DNA of 64,000 bases, taken from IMG/VR virus record IMGVR_UViG_3300045971_000981; one strand, 5' to 3'. Numbering within the stretch: the first letter of the stretch is position 1; each line of letters opens with the position of its first letter. The position numbers were made by a program, and so were the translations under genes. The notes under the pieces are model-generated. The model had not been told where the DNA came from, ran no database searches, and worked only from the letters and a program-made list of their open reading frames with translations. This DNA comes from an uncultured virus (IMG/VR IMGVR_UViG_3300045971_000981). Taxonomy: Duplodnaviria; Heunggongvirae; Uroviricota; Caudoviricetes. Shown one piece after another: positions 9,212 through 18,623 of this stretch.

Positions 9212-10465
9212 ATGGCTAAGCCAGCATGGCAATCACTAACAATTCAGAGCAGCTTTGTAGGTATCACAGCAGGCGCAGTTGTGGTATACATGATTGTGTT
9301 TGTACCTCCTGAGACACAATTCAAGGTTGGCAACCTCAATTTCAAACCAGCAGATGTTGTTAGCTTCCTGTCAACAATTGGAGCGTTACCAGCTAGTATG
9401 CTTGCCTTCATAGGTAGGCTGAAGGCTACAGATGCTGTGTTCACGCCTCGCAATGTCATTGGTTTTGATCAAGACGTTGCCCTGAAAATTGAGGCAGATC
9501 AGGCAATAGCGGTGGCAACCGCAGCAGCGACCGCGATCGGCATCCCACAGAACATCGTTCCTCAAATAGTCCAGCAAGCCGTAGCCCCAGTTGCACCAGT
9601 CCAGCAAACATTCCCTATTACTCCTCCACTCATTGAAGAACCAGCCTACATTCCGGCTCCCGTAGTCCCTCCTCTTGCAGAGCCTCCTCCTATTGGCATG
9701 ACCTACTGCCCTCAGACGTTTCCCGGCTTTCCAACCATCGAGATTGTTACTGATACAGTAGCCAAGCAAAGCACAGCCCCGTCTGGGACACTAACAGACA
9801 AGGACACAGCAATCCTGGCACCCGGCACATGGGCTGTCAGATCTATCCAACCAAAAATAGTAGGCGAGACGGTTACAGAGCATTTTGAAGTGGTCTTCCC
9901 GGAGCCGATCAAGGGCAAGTCAGCACCGAAAAACGACCCCAACAATACCGTTCTCGATGTGCCTTACTACTCGCAGAGGGACAATGTTGAGGATTACTGG
10001 AGAACGTGCAACACTTCAGCCCATGCCATGCTAGTCAGCTATCTCGAACCCGGATCTATCCGTGGGGATGATGACTACTATAAGAGATGCGTAGCGCCTC
10101 GCGGTGACACCACCGACCATGCAGTACACACCGCAGCGCTTGAGGCTCTGAGCATTTCGTCTGAATGGCGAACCAACCTCGGCTACGATGACCTAGACAA
10201 GCAACTTGCTTTAGGGCTTCCAGTGCCGATCGGCGTGCTGCACAGAGGTTCGACAACCTCCCCTAGCGGTGGTCACATCCTGCTAGTTATCGGTAAGCAG
10301 GGTGCAGACAGCTATGTCTGCAACGACCCGTGGGGTGAGGGCTTCGACACTAATTACGACACAAACCATAATGGTGAGCGAGTCGTCTATCCCAAGTCGT
10401 CGCTTGGTGCCCGATGGCTGTGCGGAGATCCTCATGGTGGCTGGGGGCGGATTGTTACAGGCTAA
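9212..10465 (+). CDS. Membrane-anchored C39-family peptidase (putative lysin/cell-wall peptidase)
   Basis: N-terminal TM helices, Pro-rich linker, VPYYSQRDN..RTCNTSAHAM (Cys)...GGHILL (His)...NDPWG (Asp). Confidence 0.8.
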   Translation: MAKPAWQSLTIQSSFVGITAGAVVVYMIVFVPPETQFKVGNLNFKPADVVSFLSTIGALPASMLAFIGRLKATDAVFTPRNVIGFDQDVALKIEADQAIAVATAAATAIGIPQNIVPQIVQQAVAPVAPVQQTFPITPPLIEEPAYIPAPVVPPLAEPPPIGMTYCPQTFPGFPTIEIVTDTVAKQSTAPSGTLTDKDTAILAPGTWAVRSIQPKIVGETVTEHFEVVFPEPIKGKSAPKNDPNNTVLDVPYYSQRDNVEDYWRTCNTSAHAMLVSYLEPGSIRGDDDYYKRCVAPRGDTTDHAVHTAALEALSISSEWRTNLGYDDLDKQLALGLPVPIGVLHRGSTTSPSGGHILLVIGKQGADSYVCNDPWGEGFDTNYDTNHNGERVVYPKSSLGARWLCGDPHGGWGRIVTG

Positions 10466-10482
10466 CAAAAGATGGTGTGAAA

Positions 10483-10656
10483 ATGACCACGATCGATCAG
10501 ATTGCTGATGCCTTCCAGAAAATGCTGGAAGCTAGCCAAGTCAAAGCCTCCACCCAGCGAGGTGGGCAAGAATTGACATTTCAGCAGGGCGACTCCGCTA
10601 AGTTGACGATTCCTCGAACTAGCTCCGGCAGACCCACTACTACTCGAAAACGATGA
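10483..10656 (+). CDS. Small hypothetical protein (MTTIDQIA...)
   Basis: ATG at 10483; stop overlaps the start of the next gene. Confidence 0.5.
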   Translation: MTTIDQIADAFQKMLEASQVKASTQRGGQELTFQQGDSAKLTIPRTSSGRPTTTRKR

Positions 10657-13004
10657 CCCGTGCCCAATTAGCCTCCGGCAGACAACAACTCCCATTTAGT
10701 AGCGGCAACGTCGCGGTCACATCCGGCGGCAGTAACAGTGTTAGCAGAACTTATTATCTTGCCTTGCTGGGCGAAAATCCCGCAGGCATGAACCTGCTCT
10801 CGACGATCGTTGGACCAGTGACGATCGCGTCTGGGCAGCAATTAGCGATCACCGTGCCCAACACCTCTCGGCTCAGTGGCGAGGGCTGGACTAATTATGT
10901 GATTGGGGTGTCAACCAGCAACACGCCCAGCACCTTTACCCAGCTTGCAAAAGTAGATGCTTACAGCGGGTCTAGCCCAATCTCTTTGCCAGCGACTCTC
11001 ACCCTAGACACTAACGAAAAGCTAGATGCAAGCCCAAATGCCGTTGGCACATCAGCATCGCTCCCAGCCAGTCCCATCCACGGCATGATCCGGGTTGTAA
11101 ATGGCCTGGGAAGTTACTACGAATTCGTTGCTGGTAGTACCGAATCGCCCACGCCAGATGGAGCGGCAGTCAAACTGATCTTGAACGCCACGGGTGGTCG
11201 ATGGTTCCGAGTGCCCTCGCGCAGTGTCTATGTTGCAGCCACGACTGATCCAGGTGGTTGCGATCGGTCGATTCAGGATATTGACCCTGACGGAATTGTC
11301 CCTAGCCGCTATGCATCAGATGGTGCTCAGGGAAAACTACTGACCTATTGGCTGCTGAATAATGATGGCAGCGCTATCACAGCAGGCAAGCGTATTGGGG
11401 CAACAGTCTACCAAAACGGAGCCGTTAAATCTGCCCTTTTTGCAGGAAAACTCAAACTGATTTTTAGGGGATATACTGACTCTGCTACGGGCTTGCTGCG
11501 AACCACCGATAACGATGACGGCTCTACGCTGGAGGGGATTGGGATTGAGCAAACCTACTCTGACAACAAATCAGGACTATTCCTGCCAGACGATCTAGAC
11601 GATGGCGAGGCATACGTTTTTGATGCCTATCCACAATTCAGCGCCAGCCAATTCAACGAGCCACTAGTTGATGGCACGATCATTACAATCATTCCCTTTT
11701 TCTACGATCAAGCAGGCGCTTACAACCCAGCAGGGGAAGTTGTTGGCAACATCATTTACGCCAAGTTCGATCGCCGTCGTGTGCTGCCCACATCGGGACT
11801 ATTCCTGAACGCCGCGAAGGGATCAGGCACGGTCTATTACAAAGACTTCATTGGCGTTGGTCCTACTACGGTTTCTGGAATTCAGGCGAACACGGCAAGC
11901 CAGAAAATCGCCATCAATGGCAATGGAACGGTTTACTGGAAAGGCAGTGCAGCGATCGAATCGACCGAAGCATTACGGGCGATCGTTAGTACGGTTTCTG
12001 GGGTTAGCGTTGCCGGAGCAGCAACAGCGGTCACGGTTAGCGGGTCACAAGGGGTCTCGCTAACCGTGGCATTTCCTACCACGATCCGGGGCGACTATCC
12101 CGATCTGATCGCTGGGGTTACCGCCACACCCAATGCCCCATCCATCACGGTCTACGCTAGGCATGTGGGCAGTGGTGTGATTCGCAAGTTCACGGGAATC
12201 GCGATCGTCCCAACAGGACCACAGACGATCGAGTTAAGTGATTGGACAGGGGCAACAACGATCGGCTCTATTCCTGCCGCACCAACAGCAGATTTCTCGT
12301 GCTTCGCTCCCGCTGGCGTTACTCCGGTCGTTTCTGCCTTCTCTGGCACCTTCCCCGCAGGCAGCATGGAGTTCTCCTATGCCTTCGAGTACACAGGAAA
12401 TACGGTCACGAAAATCACGCACACCGATCTAGCCTGCATCCACGAACAGCAGCTTAGCTATGCCGAGATCGAAGAGAACAACCTATATTGGGCTGCGCCA
12501 GTGGCGGATATTGCCGCGCTGCGGGCTGTTCCCTTCGACAAGATTGTTGGGGAGCAAACCCGTCGGGTTGTAGCAACAAGCCTACCCTATACGTTTCGCG
12601 CCACCCTACTTGGGGCGGATAACGGCACAACAGTCATTAAGCCCAACGATCGCACCGTAGATCAACCAGGGCGCTGGACTCCCTCCCAAAGCGCCAGCAC
12701 AGACTCGATCCCCATCCTGCCCGTACTCACAGCAGCAGCAATGCGGGCAATCACCAACTACAAATCACCCCTAACCGACGGTGTTGTGGATTTCCGGTTC
12801 TTCTTCCCCAACGGCAGTCTGTATTGGTTTGACCCCAACAGCCTCGAAACCGATGACGGGGTTATTTATTTTCGCCCCACGGCGATCGCCTCAGATGCCC
12901 CTGGCAGATACAAGATGTACCTGCCACCTAGCTATCACAACATTGTCGTCAGCGGTGGCGAGATCGTGACCAGCGGCGAGGAAATCGTAACAGGAACCTA
13001 CTAG
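10653..13004 (+). CDS. Probable tail fibre/structural protein
   Basis: 783 aa, G/S/T/A rich; two C-terminal repeats (IAALRA...DNGTTVIKP...GRW; AAMRA...DDGVIYFRP...GRY) typical of tailspike modules. Confidence 0.6.
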   Translation: MTRAQLASGRQQLPFSSGNVAVTSGGSNSVSRTYYLALLGENPAGMNLLSTIVGPVTIASGQQLAITVPNTSRLSGEGWTNYVIGVSTSNTPSTFTQLAKVDAYSGSSPISLPATLTLDTNEKLDASPNAVGTSASLPASPIHGMIRVVNGLGSYYEFVAGSTESPTPDGAAVKLILNATGGRWFRVPSRSVYVAATTDPGGCDRSIQDIDPDGIVPSRYASDGAQGKLLTYWLLNNDGSAITAGKRIGATVYQNGAVKSALFAGKLKLIFRGYTDSATGLLRTTDNDDGSTLEGIGIEQTYSDNKSGLFLPDDLDDGEAYVFDAYPQFSASQFNEPLVDGTIITIIPFFYDQAGAYNPAGEVVGNIIYAKFDRRRVLPTSGLFLNAAKGSGTVYYKDFIGVGPTTVSGIQANTASQKIAINGNGTVYWKGSAAIESTEALRAIVSTVSGVSVAGAATAVTVSGSQGVSLTVAFPTTIRGDYPDLIAGVTATPNAPSITVYARHVGSGVIRKFTGIAIVPTGPQTIELSDWTGATTIGSIPAAPTADFSCFAPAGVTPVVSAFSGTFPAGSMEFSYAFEYTGNTVTKITHTDLACIHEQQLSYAEIEENNLYWAAPVADIAALRAVPFDKIVGEQTRRVVATSLPYTFRATLLGADNGTTVIKPNDRTVDQPGRWTPSQSASTDSIPILPVLTAAAMRAITNYKSPLTDGVVDFRFFFPNGSLYWFDPNSLETDDGVIYFRPTAIASDAPGRYKMYLPPSYHNIVVSGGEIVTSGEEIVTGTY

Positions 13005-13013
13005 GAGAGACCT

Positions 13014-13364
13014 ATGGATCACGGATTACTGACAGACACAGCGATCGCGGTATCGACATCTGCCCCATCGAGTACCCCAAAGACGATCGGGCAAATGCAT
13101 TTACGTCAGAAAACTGCTGACAGCAACATTTACTATGTCCCTTATGTTGCCGAAGCAACTGCAAGCCCCTCGGACTGGGCGATGGCAAGATTGCAGATTA
13201 GAATTTCAAGTTCTGGTGCTACACCAATCTCGCTAACGATCGTCCCTGATTATGTGGGGCAAATAGCCATTAACGACACTAGCAACACCGCTTGGATCGC
13301 TCTTGGCACGGCTTCTGCCTATGACTGGGCACTCATAACTCTAACCACTTATGCCCCTAGCTAG
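13014..13364 (+). CDS. Small tail-fibre-associated protein with two internal repeats
   Basis: P..IGQ...SDW and PDYVGQ...YDW repeats; RBS GGAG. Confidence 0.5.
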   Translation: MDHGLLTDTAIAVSTSAPSSTPKTIGQMHLRQKTADSNIYYVPYVAEATASPSDWAMARLQIRISSSGATPISLTIVPDYVGQIAINDTSNTAWIALGTASAYDWALITLTTYAPS

Positions 13365-14529
13365 TTACGGCTTTTTAACCCACGTTTGCAGCAAAGATTT
13401 TCATTTATCCTATCGGCTGGTCTCGCAGATACGGCAACACCATCCAGGGGTGGAAATAGCTATTATCTGCGACGGTACGATGCCCGATCGCTTTTATCGG
13501 CTGATGGCGCTGGAGCCAGACGTGCATTTGTTTGGCGGAGCTTGGCTCAAATCGAGACGAGAGGGACATCTTTGGATAAAACGGATGCTTGAAACATTCG
13601 TATCGTTTGACTGGGAAATCATGATCAGGCTTGATCCTGACAGCAGCGTTAATCGTCCTTTTCGTGGCGACTTTCCCGACGGCGACGTGTTTGGCAACGT
13701 TCAATACCGCGATCATCTCCAGGCTTACCATGTGCGGGGTGGTGGGCTAGGGATGCAACGATCGGCTGCACAAGCTGTCCTCGATTCCGACCTGTTACCA
13801 GATCCTCGGTTCACGCAGCCGAACCTTTACACCTACGAACGCCACGGGCATTTCAAGCACCCTTGGGAGGCTCATGAGTCGGGGATGCAGTTGTCTGATG
13901 ATTTGGTGTTAGGAGCCATCTACACCCGTCTAGGGCTAAAACTATCGCAATGGAATGATGTCTGGATCGGCTTTCGTGAGCCATTGCCGGACAACTGGCA
14001 AGATTACGCCATAACCCATGAGCACCCATTGCTAGAAGGACAACCCAAAATCTTAGGCTTAGGACTCTCTAAAACAGGGACAACACCTCTGGCGGCGGGC
14101 TTGCGACGGATAGGCTACCAGGCTAAAGATTTCCCCCTAGAGATAGACCAGATCAGCGCTGTTGAAGCGGCTACAGACATCCAATTTACTGACCTGGAAA
14201 CACTCGATCGTCTTTACCCTGGCAGTAAATTTATCCTCACCCTCCGAGATGAAAACGAATGGATGCAAAGCTGTGAGAAATGGTATGCGGCTAATTTAGG
14301 CTGGCATCCCCGCTGGCGAGACTTGGGCTTAGTTTCCGGTGACTGGCTGGACCACTACAGGCAACACAACGAAAGAACGATCGGCTACTTCAGCGATCGT
14401 CCCGATGACCTGCTCATCCTTAATATCTGCGACGGTGAAGGGTATGAAAAGCTTTGCCCGTTCCTGGCTGAACCAGTGATCTTAGAAGTGTTTCCCCACG
14501 AAAATCCAGACTCAAGGCAGTATCCTTGA
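13351..14529 (+). CDS. Glycosyltransferase-like (DxD) fused to a sulfotransferase-family domain
   Basis: RLDPDS DxD motif; KILGLGLSKTGTT and YPGSKFILTLRD...GEGYEKLCPFL..P....FPHEN sulfotransferase motifs. Confidence 0.7.
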   Translation: MPLASYGFLTHVCSKDFHLSYRLVSQIRQHHPGVEIAIICDGTMPDRFYRLMALEPDVHLFGGAWLKSRREGHLWIKRMLETFVSFDWEIMIRLDPDSSVNRPFRGDFPDGDVFGNVQYRDHLQAYHVRGGGLGMQRSAAQAVLDSDLLPDPRFTQPNLYTYERHGHFKHPWEAHESGMQLSDDLVLGAIYTRLGLKLSQWNDVWIGFREPLPDNWQDYAITHEHPLLEGQPKILGLGLSKTGTTPLAAGLRRIGYQAKDFPLEIDQISAVEAATDIQFTDLETLDRLYPGSKFILTLRDENEWMQSCEKWYAANLGWHPRWRDLGLVSGDWLDHYRQHNERTIGYFSDRPDDLLILNICDGEGYEKLCPFLAEPVILEVFPHENPDSRQYP

Positions 14530-16470
14530 TCCCAGCAAAATTTCAGTGATTTTTTCGGCGGCAACTGGCTTTGAGAAATAATAGCCTTGGGCATAGCCAT
14601 ATAGGCCAGACTGCTGGATGAGTTCGTATTGCCATAATTCTTCCACGCCCTCGTATACAAGCCGCATCTCCAGACTTTTCGCTAACTCTGGCATGAACCG
14701 ACAAATTGTTTTCCGCACATAATCATCGGGGTTTTTGGGCATAAATGTCGAGTCCAACTTAATTTTGGTTACGACTTGCGCGACCAGCACTAGATGCTCC
14801 AGAGTGCTCATCCCACCCCCAAAATCATCCACCGACACTTTTGCCCGCACCATCTGAACAATCTCCCGGAGAGAACTCAGATAGCGATGGACATCGTGAT
14901 AAATAGCCCGTTCCGTAATCTCAATTACAACTTGTTCTGGTTCAATACCAGCCGCACGAATCATAGCAATTAGTTCAGGCACAAACGAGTCTTGCTCAAT
15001 GTCTGGGGCAGAGACGTTGACCGCGACAGAAAAGCTTGGGTCTATCCGAATCCAGGCACCTGCCTCCTTAGTTGCCATCTCGATTACCTGACGGGTAATA
15101 TCGCCAATGTATCCTCGCTGTTCCGCGATCGGAATGAATTCACTGGGCGGAATGAATCCAACACTTAAGTCCTCATGTCTCCATCGCAGCAGTGCTTCGC
15201 AGCCAATCATTTTGCCTGTCGCTATTTCGACCACAGGTTGGTACACCAGGAAAAGGGTAAGATTCTTGATTGCTGCCTTCAGCTCTGTTGCTAGCCATGC
15301 CGCCCGTGCCGATGCTGCGGACATCAGATCGACATATCCAGCAATACGATTGGCTCCAGCATCAAATCGTCTTCCAGCTTTCGCACTGCGTTCAGCTAGG
15401 TCTGCCCGCTCGTACAACGATTGTGTAGAGGAGAGCAGTCCTGACTCTTCACCGCAGACATACCCGATCGACGCATCGACTGTTAATGTCCTATAGCCAT
15501 AGATCGTGATCGGCTCTCGAATTGCGTCTGATACGCTGTGGGCAAGCTCCTGCATGTCCGCCGAGTGAAAGACAAGGATTATGAACTCGTCGCCACCCAC
15601 CCTGCTCACGACCCCAAATTCTGAGAGACGATCGGCGATCACCCTTAACACCATGTCTCCGACAACATGACCCAGATGCTTGTTGTCGTTTATCTCTTTG
15701 AACCCATCCAGGTCCAGAGAAATACAGCCCCAAGCAAAGGGATGAATCTCCAAGATTTTTCGATTCAGACAGCCACAGAGCGGGTCTTGGGTTGCCTGCT
15801 TACGCAGTTCGACGATCGCCTGTTCTTCAGAATTGCGATCGATGACCTGAACTACATAGTGCTGAAAATCCCGTCCAATAAAGAGAGGGGCGACTACTAT
15901 CCGCACATAGGAACTGCTACCGTCTGGACGGAGATAGCGTTTATTCAGGGTGTATCCGCCCAACTCTCCTGTGTAGACCTGTCTTGCTAGCTCCACGTCA
16001 GCATCCAGGTCGTCTGGGTGGGTAATCTGGGTAAAGGTTAATCGCTTTAAAGCGTCACGATCGTAGCCAGTGATAACGGTCAAGGCATCGTTAAACTTGA
16101 GAAACAACCCGTCATCTCGAACCCAAGCAAACCCGACATGGCTGGCTTCAAATGAGGTTTTCTGAGAACGAATTTCAACCCATCCGGTTCTCAAGTCTGC
16201 TGCCAATTTACGGGCGGGCACGATCGCCGCTAGGCAGATTAGCAACTCCAGCAGATCTACAATATTAGAGATGATGGCGGCATGGGGATAGCTGAGCGCG
16301 ATCGCCACGGATTCTATGCCGTGGTTGATGCAGAACAAGACAGCGATTAGCCTGATCACCTGTAAAGGTTTCCGTGCTTCCGAAGGTGCGGTGCTCAGGG
16401 GCAGTTTACCCAGTTGCCATAAAGCGATCGCCATCACCCCATAGACTATTGCGACAATCAGACTATACAC
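14512..16470 (-). CDS. Membrane PAS-GGDEF-EAL diguanylate cyclase/phosphodiesterase
   Basis: 3 TM helices, PAS (ITHPDD), LDLDGFKEIND..GH..GD, RVGGDEF, EALLRW, DDFG, EGVE, QGYYFSKP. Confidence 0.95.
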   Translation of the reverse strand: MYSLIVAIVYGVMAIALWQLGKLPLSTAPSEARKPLQVIRLIAVLFCINHGIESVAIALSYPHAAIISNIVDLLELLICLAAIVPARKLAADLRTGWVEIRSQKTSFEASHVGFAWVRDDGLFLKFNDALTVITGYDRDALKRLTFTQITHPDDLDADVELARQVYTGELGGYTLNKRYLRPDGSSSYVRIVVAPLFIGRDFQHYVVQVIDRNSEEQAIVELRKQATQDPLCGCLNRKILEIHPFAWGCISLDLDGFKEINDNKHLGHVVGDMVLRVIADRLSEFGVVSRVGGDEFIILVFHSADMQELAHSVSDAIREPITIYGYRTLTVDASIGYVCGEESGLLSSTQSLYERADLAERSAKAGRRFDAGANRIAGYVDLMSAASARAAWLATELKAAIKNLTLFLVYQPVVEIATGKMIGCEALLRWRHEDLSVGFIPPSEFIPIAEQRGYIGDITRQVIEMATKEAGAWIRIDPSFSVAVNVSAPDIEQDSFVPELIAMIRAAGIEPEQVVIEITERAIYHDVHRYLSSLREIVQMVRAKVSVDDFGGGMSTLEHLVLVAQVVTKIKLDSTFMPKNPDDYVRKTICRFMPELAKSLEMRLVYEGVEELWQYELIQQSGLYGYAQGYYFSKPVAAEKITEILLGSRILP

Positions 16471-16509
16471 TGGGGAAAATTCCTAATTCCTAAGCTCTAT
16501 CTTAACCCA

Positions 16510-17976
16510 ATGCCCCTAGACGACTCTGCCAGTGCTCTAAACAAGCTGATTGATGACGCAACGCAGACGGTGACTGGGAGGATTTCCGGCAATGTGGGTG
16601 GCAAGGTCAATGTCAAACTGGCGAATGGGCAGAGGATTGAGGGGAAAAACTATTTAGAGGCGATCGCCTTTAGTGGCTGCGATGCCCCTGGAGATGTGAC
16701 TTGCTTCAAGACCGATCGGGGTTGGCTAGCTGTAGGGAAAGGCAGGCAAGAAAACCTGCAAACACTGCGGCAATACAGACGGAGTGATACCGAGAGGGAG
16801 ACTGATGAGGTTAAAGAATGTCCGATCCTTGCCTACCGAGAAATACTGGATGTTGATGGGAATATTGAGAAGATTCAGTATTGGCTAGGGGGCGATCGGG
16901 TTCCGATCTTATTAAAGGAAATAGAGGTAAGTGATTTACCAGGATTCATCCCAGACGGTATTACCTATGAAAATGATTCACAGTACAGTTCTAATTATTC
17001 AGGAACCTCAAAAGGATCCTTAACATTTAGTGCAGGGACTTTTACTGGTTCTAGTAACTCAACCTTTACTAGTTCAGGAGGTGGGGAGAACCACTTTTCA
17101 AGAAGGGCCAGCTTCATTGTTAATAATCAGCATAAAAATATGTTTATGATCGCTGAGCTAACCTATTCCGTAAATAATCAAATAGCGCTAGGAACTGCAA
17201 GCGCAGTTTTATATTTTAGTATCGGAGGCAGTGGAGGAGGTTCACACGATGGAAGAAGCAGCTATAGTCAAGTTGGTTCATTCAGCTTTTCGGATAGTAC
17301 ACGCAAACGATTCCCTATTGATCAAGGGGACACTTACTGTTATGTGTTATGTGGTGCACAGTCTTATTCATCGGCTTACCCAGGTGAGATCGATACACCC
17401 TTCTCGGCTAATGTATCTGGTTCGGTGGCTTTTAAGTTATCCCCTATCGTTTATTTAGTATCAGAAAAACAAAACAGATACATATGGTTAGGTTTCCCGT
17501 CTGTATCAGGCGGTATTGGGTATTACATCACGGTTTCTGGGCAATCTGTAACCGTTAAAGAATTCTCTGGAACCGAAAAAGTAGATAATAAAAAGGATTG
17601 GAGAGAATCACTTGCCTACCTAGATGCCAGCAACCCGCCTCCTGAACCGACAGACTCATGCAAAGCAACATACCTCGAAGCAGTAGACGCACATCCTGAG
17701 TCTGATTTCGTCAATCTCTATCAAAAAAATCTATTCAGCATCGACCCTCATCAATCAATACCAGATGTAGGTGTTTTCAGAGAAAAGATATTACTGCAAG
17801 GCCTAACAGCCGAGGTAACTACAGCCAAGACCGCATCAGGCAAGGAATGTACTCTAGGGGCTGGAAAAACCATAAAGATGAAGGTTAAGCGATTAGGGGG
17901 GAAAGATGAAAACGGGAACAGTCTTCCCGACGACTTCGAGATTCTTCAAATAAGCCCGATCGTCTACAAGAAATAG
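16510..17976 (+). CDS. Hypothetical (probably structural) protein with AT-rich Ser/Gly-rich centre
   Basis: 488-aa ORF. Confidence 0.6.
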   Translation: MPLDDSASALNKLIDDATQTVTGRISGNVGGKVNVKLANGQRIEGKNYLEAIAFSGCDAPGDVTCFKTDRGWLAVGKGRQENLQTLRQYRRSDTERETDEVKECPILAYREILDVDGNIEKIQYWLGGDRVPILLKEIEVSDLPGFIPDGITYENDSQYSSNYSGTSKGSLTFSAGTFTGSSNSTFTSSGGGENHFSRRASFIVNNQHKNMFMIAELTYSVNNQIALGTASAVLYFSIGGSGGGSHDGRSSYSQVGSFSFSDSTRKRFPIDQGDTYCYVLCGAQSYSSAYPGEIDTPFSANVSGSVAFKLSPIVYLVSEKQNRYIWLGFPSVSGGIGYYITVSGQSVTVKEFSGTEKVDNKKDWRESLAYLDASNPPPEPTDSCKATYLEAVDAHPESDFVNLYQKNLFSIDPHQSIPDVGVFREKILLQGLTAEVTTAKTASGKECTLGAGKTIKMKVKRLGGKDENGNSLPDDFEILQISPIVYKK

Positions 17977-17977
17977 C

Positions 17978-18583
17978 TCACACCGACTGAGAGGATTTCT
18001 TCAGCAGCGGGGTTAACGCCTCGTAAAGCTCAGGGACTTTGCAGTCAGGTTTGTGGTAAAGCCGATCGTAGGGATGTTCGCTCAACGCCAGAGAATCGCT
18101 CTGACAGCAACGGCAGCGTCGATCGCTGATGGGGTCTTTAACCAGCATCACCATCGCCCTAAAAATGTCCCCTGTGCTCAGCACATGCCTGGGCTGCTCC
18201 TCGTCTTCTTCAACGCCTTCCTCCATGTCTTCTCCGATCTCGACTTCAGCCTCGTCAGGAAGAAGCAGGGGGAGCCAATCTGCAACCAGCGAGAAGCCAA
18301 TGAGTAGACTCAGGAAAAAAAATGGAGTGCCAGACAAGGCGGACAATGCCCCTAGGCAGATCAGGGAAAGGCTATAACCAGGTTTCCTGGAAAGCCTTGA
18401 TAGCCGCAACAAGATTTCGTGGGCAGAAGATGTGGAGAGCAGGCTAGCGATCGCCCCTGCCAGCAGAAAAAATAGGCAGTCTAACAGGGAGAATGTAGGT
18501 TGGACCGCAATCACAAGCTGATAGCCAACTATCCCAGCGGTCAGGATGACAAAAAACAATAACCGCCACGATCGTCCACCCAT
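17978..18583 (-). CDS. Multi-pass membrane protein with C-terminal Cys/His motif
   Basis: About 4 hydrophobic helices, acidic linker, CRCC...H..DC. Confidence 0.6.
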   Translation of the reverse strand: MGGRSWRLLFFVILTAGIVGYQLVIAVQPTFSLLDCLFFLLAGAIASLLSTSSAHEILLRLSRLSRKPGYSLSLICLGALSALSGTPFFFLSLLIGFSLVADWLPLLLPDEAEVEIGEDMEEGVEEDEEQPRHVLSTGDIFRAMVMLVKDPISDRRCRCCQSDSLALSEHPYDRLYHKPDCKVPELYEALTPLLKKSSQSV

Positions 18584-18623
18584 ACAGAAACTCCACTATA
18601 CCCCCATAATCTTAACCGCAGAA

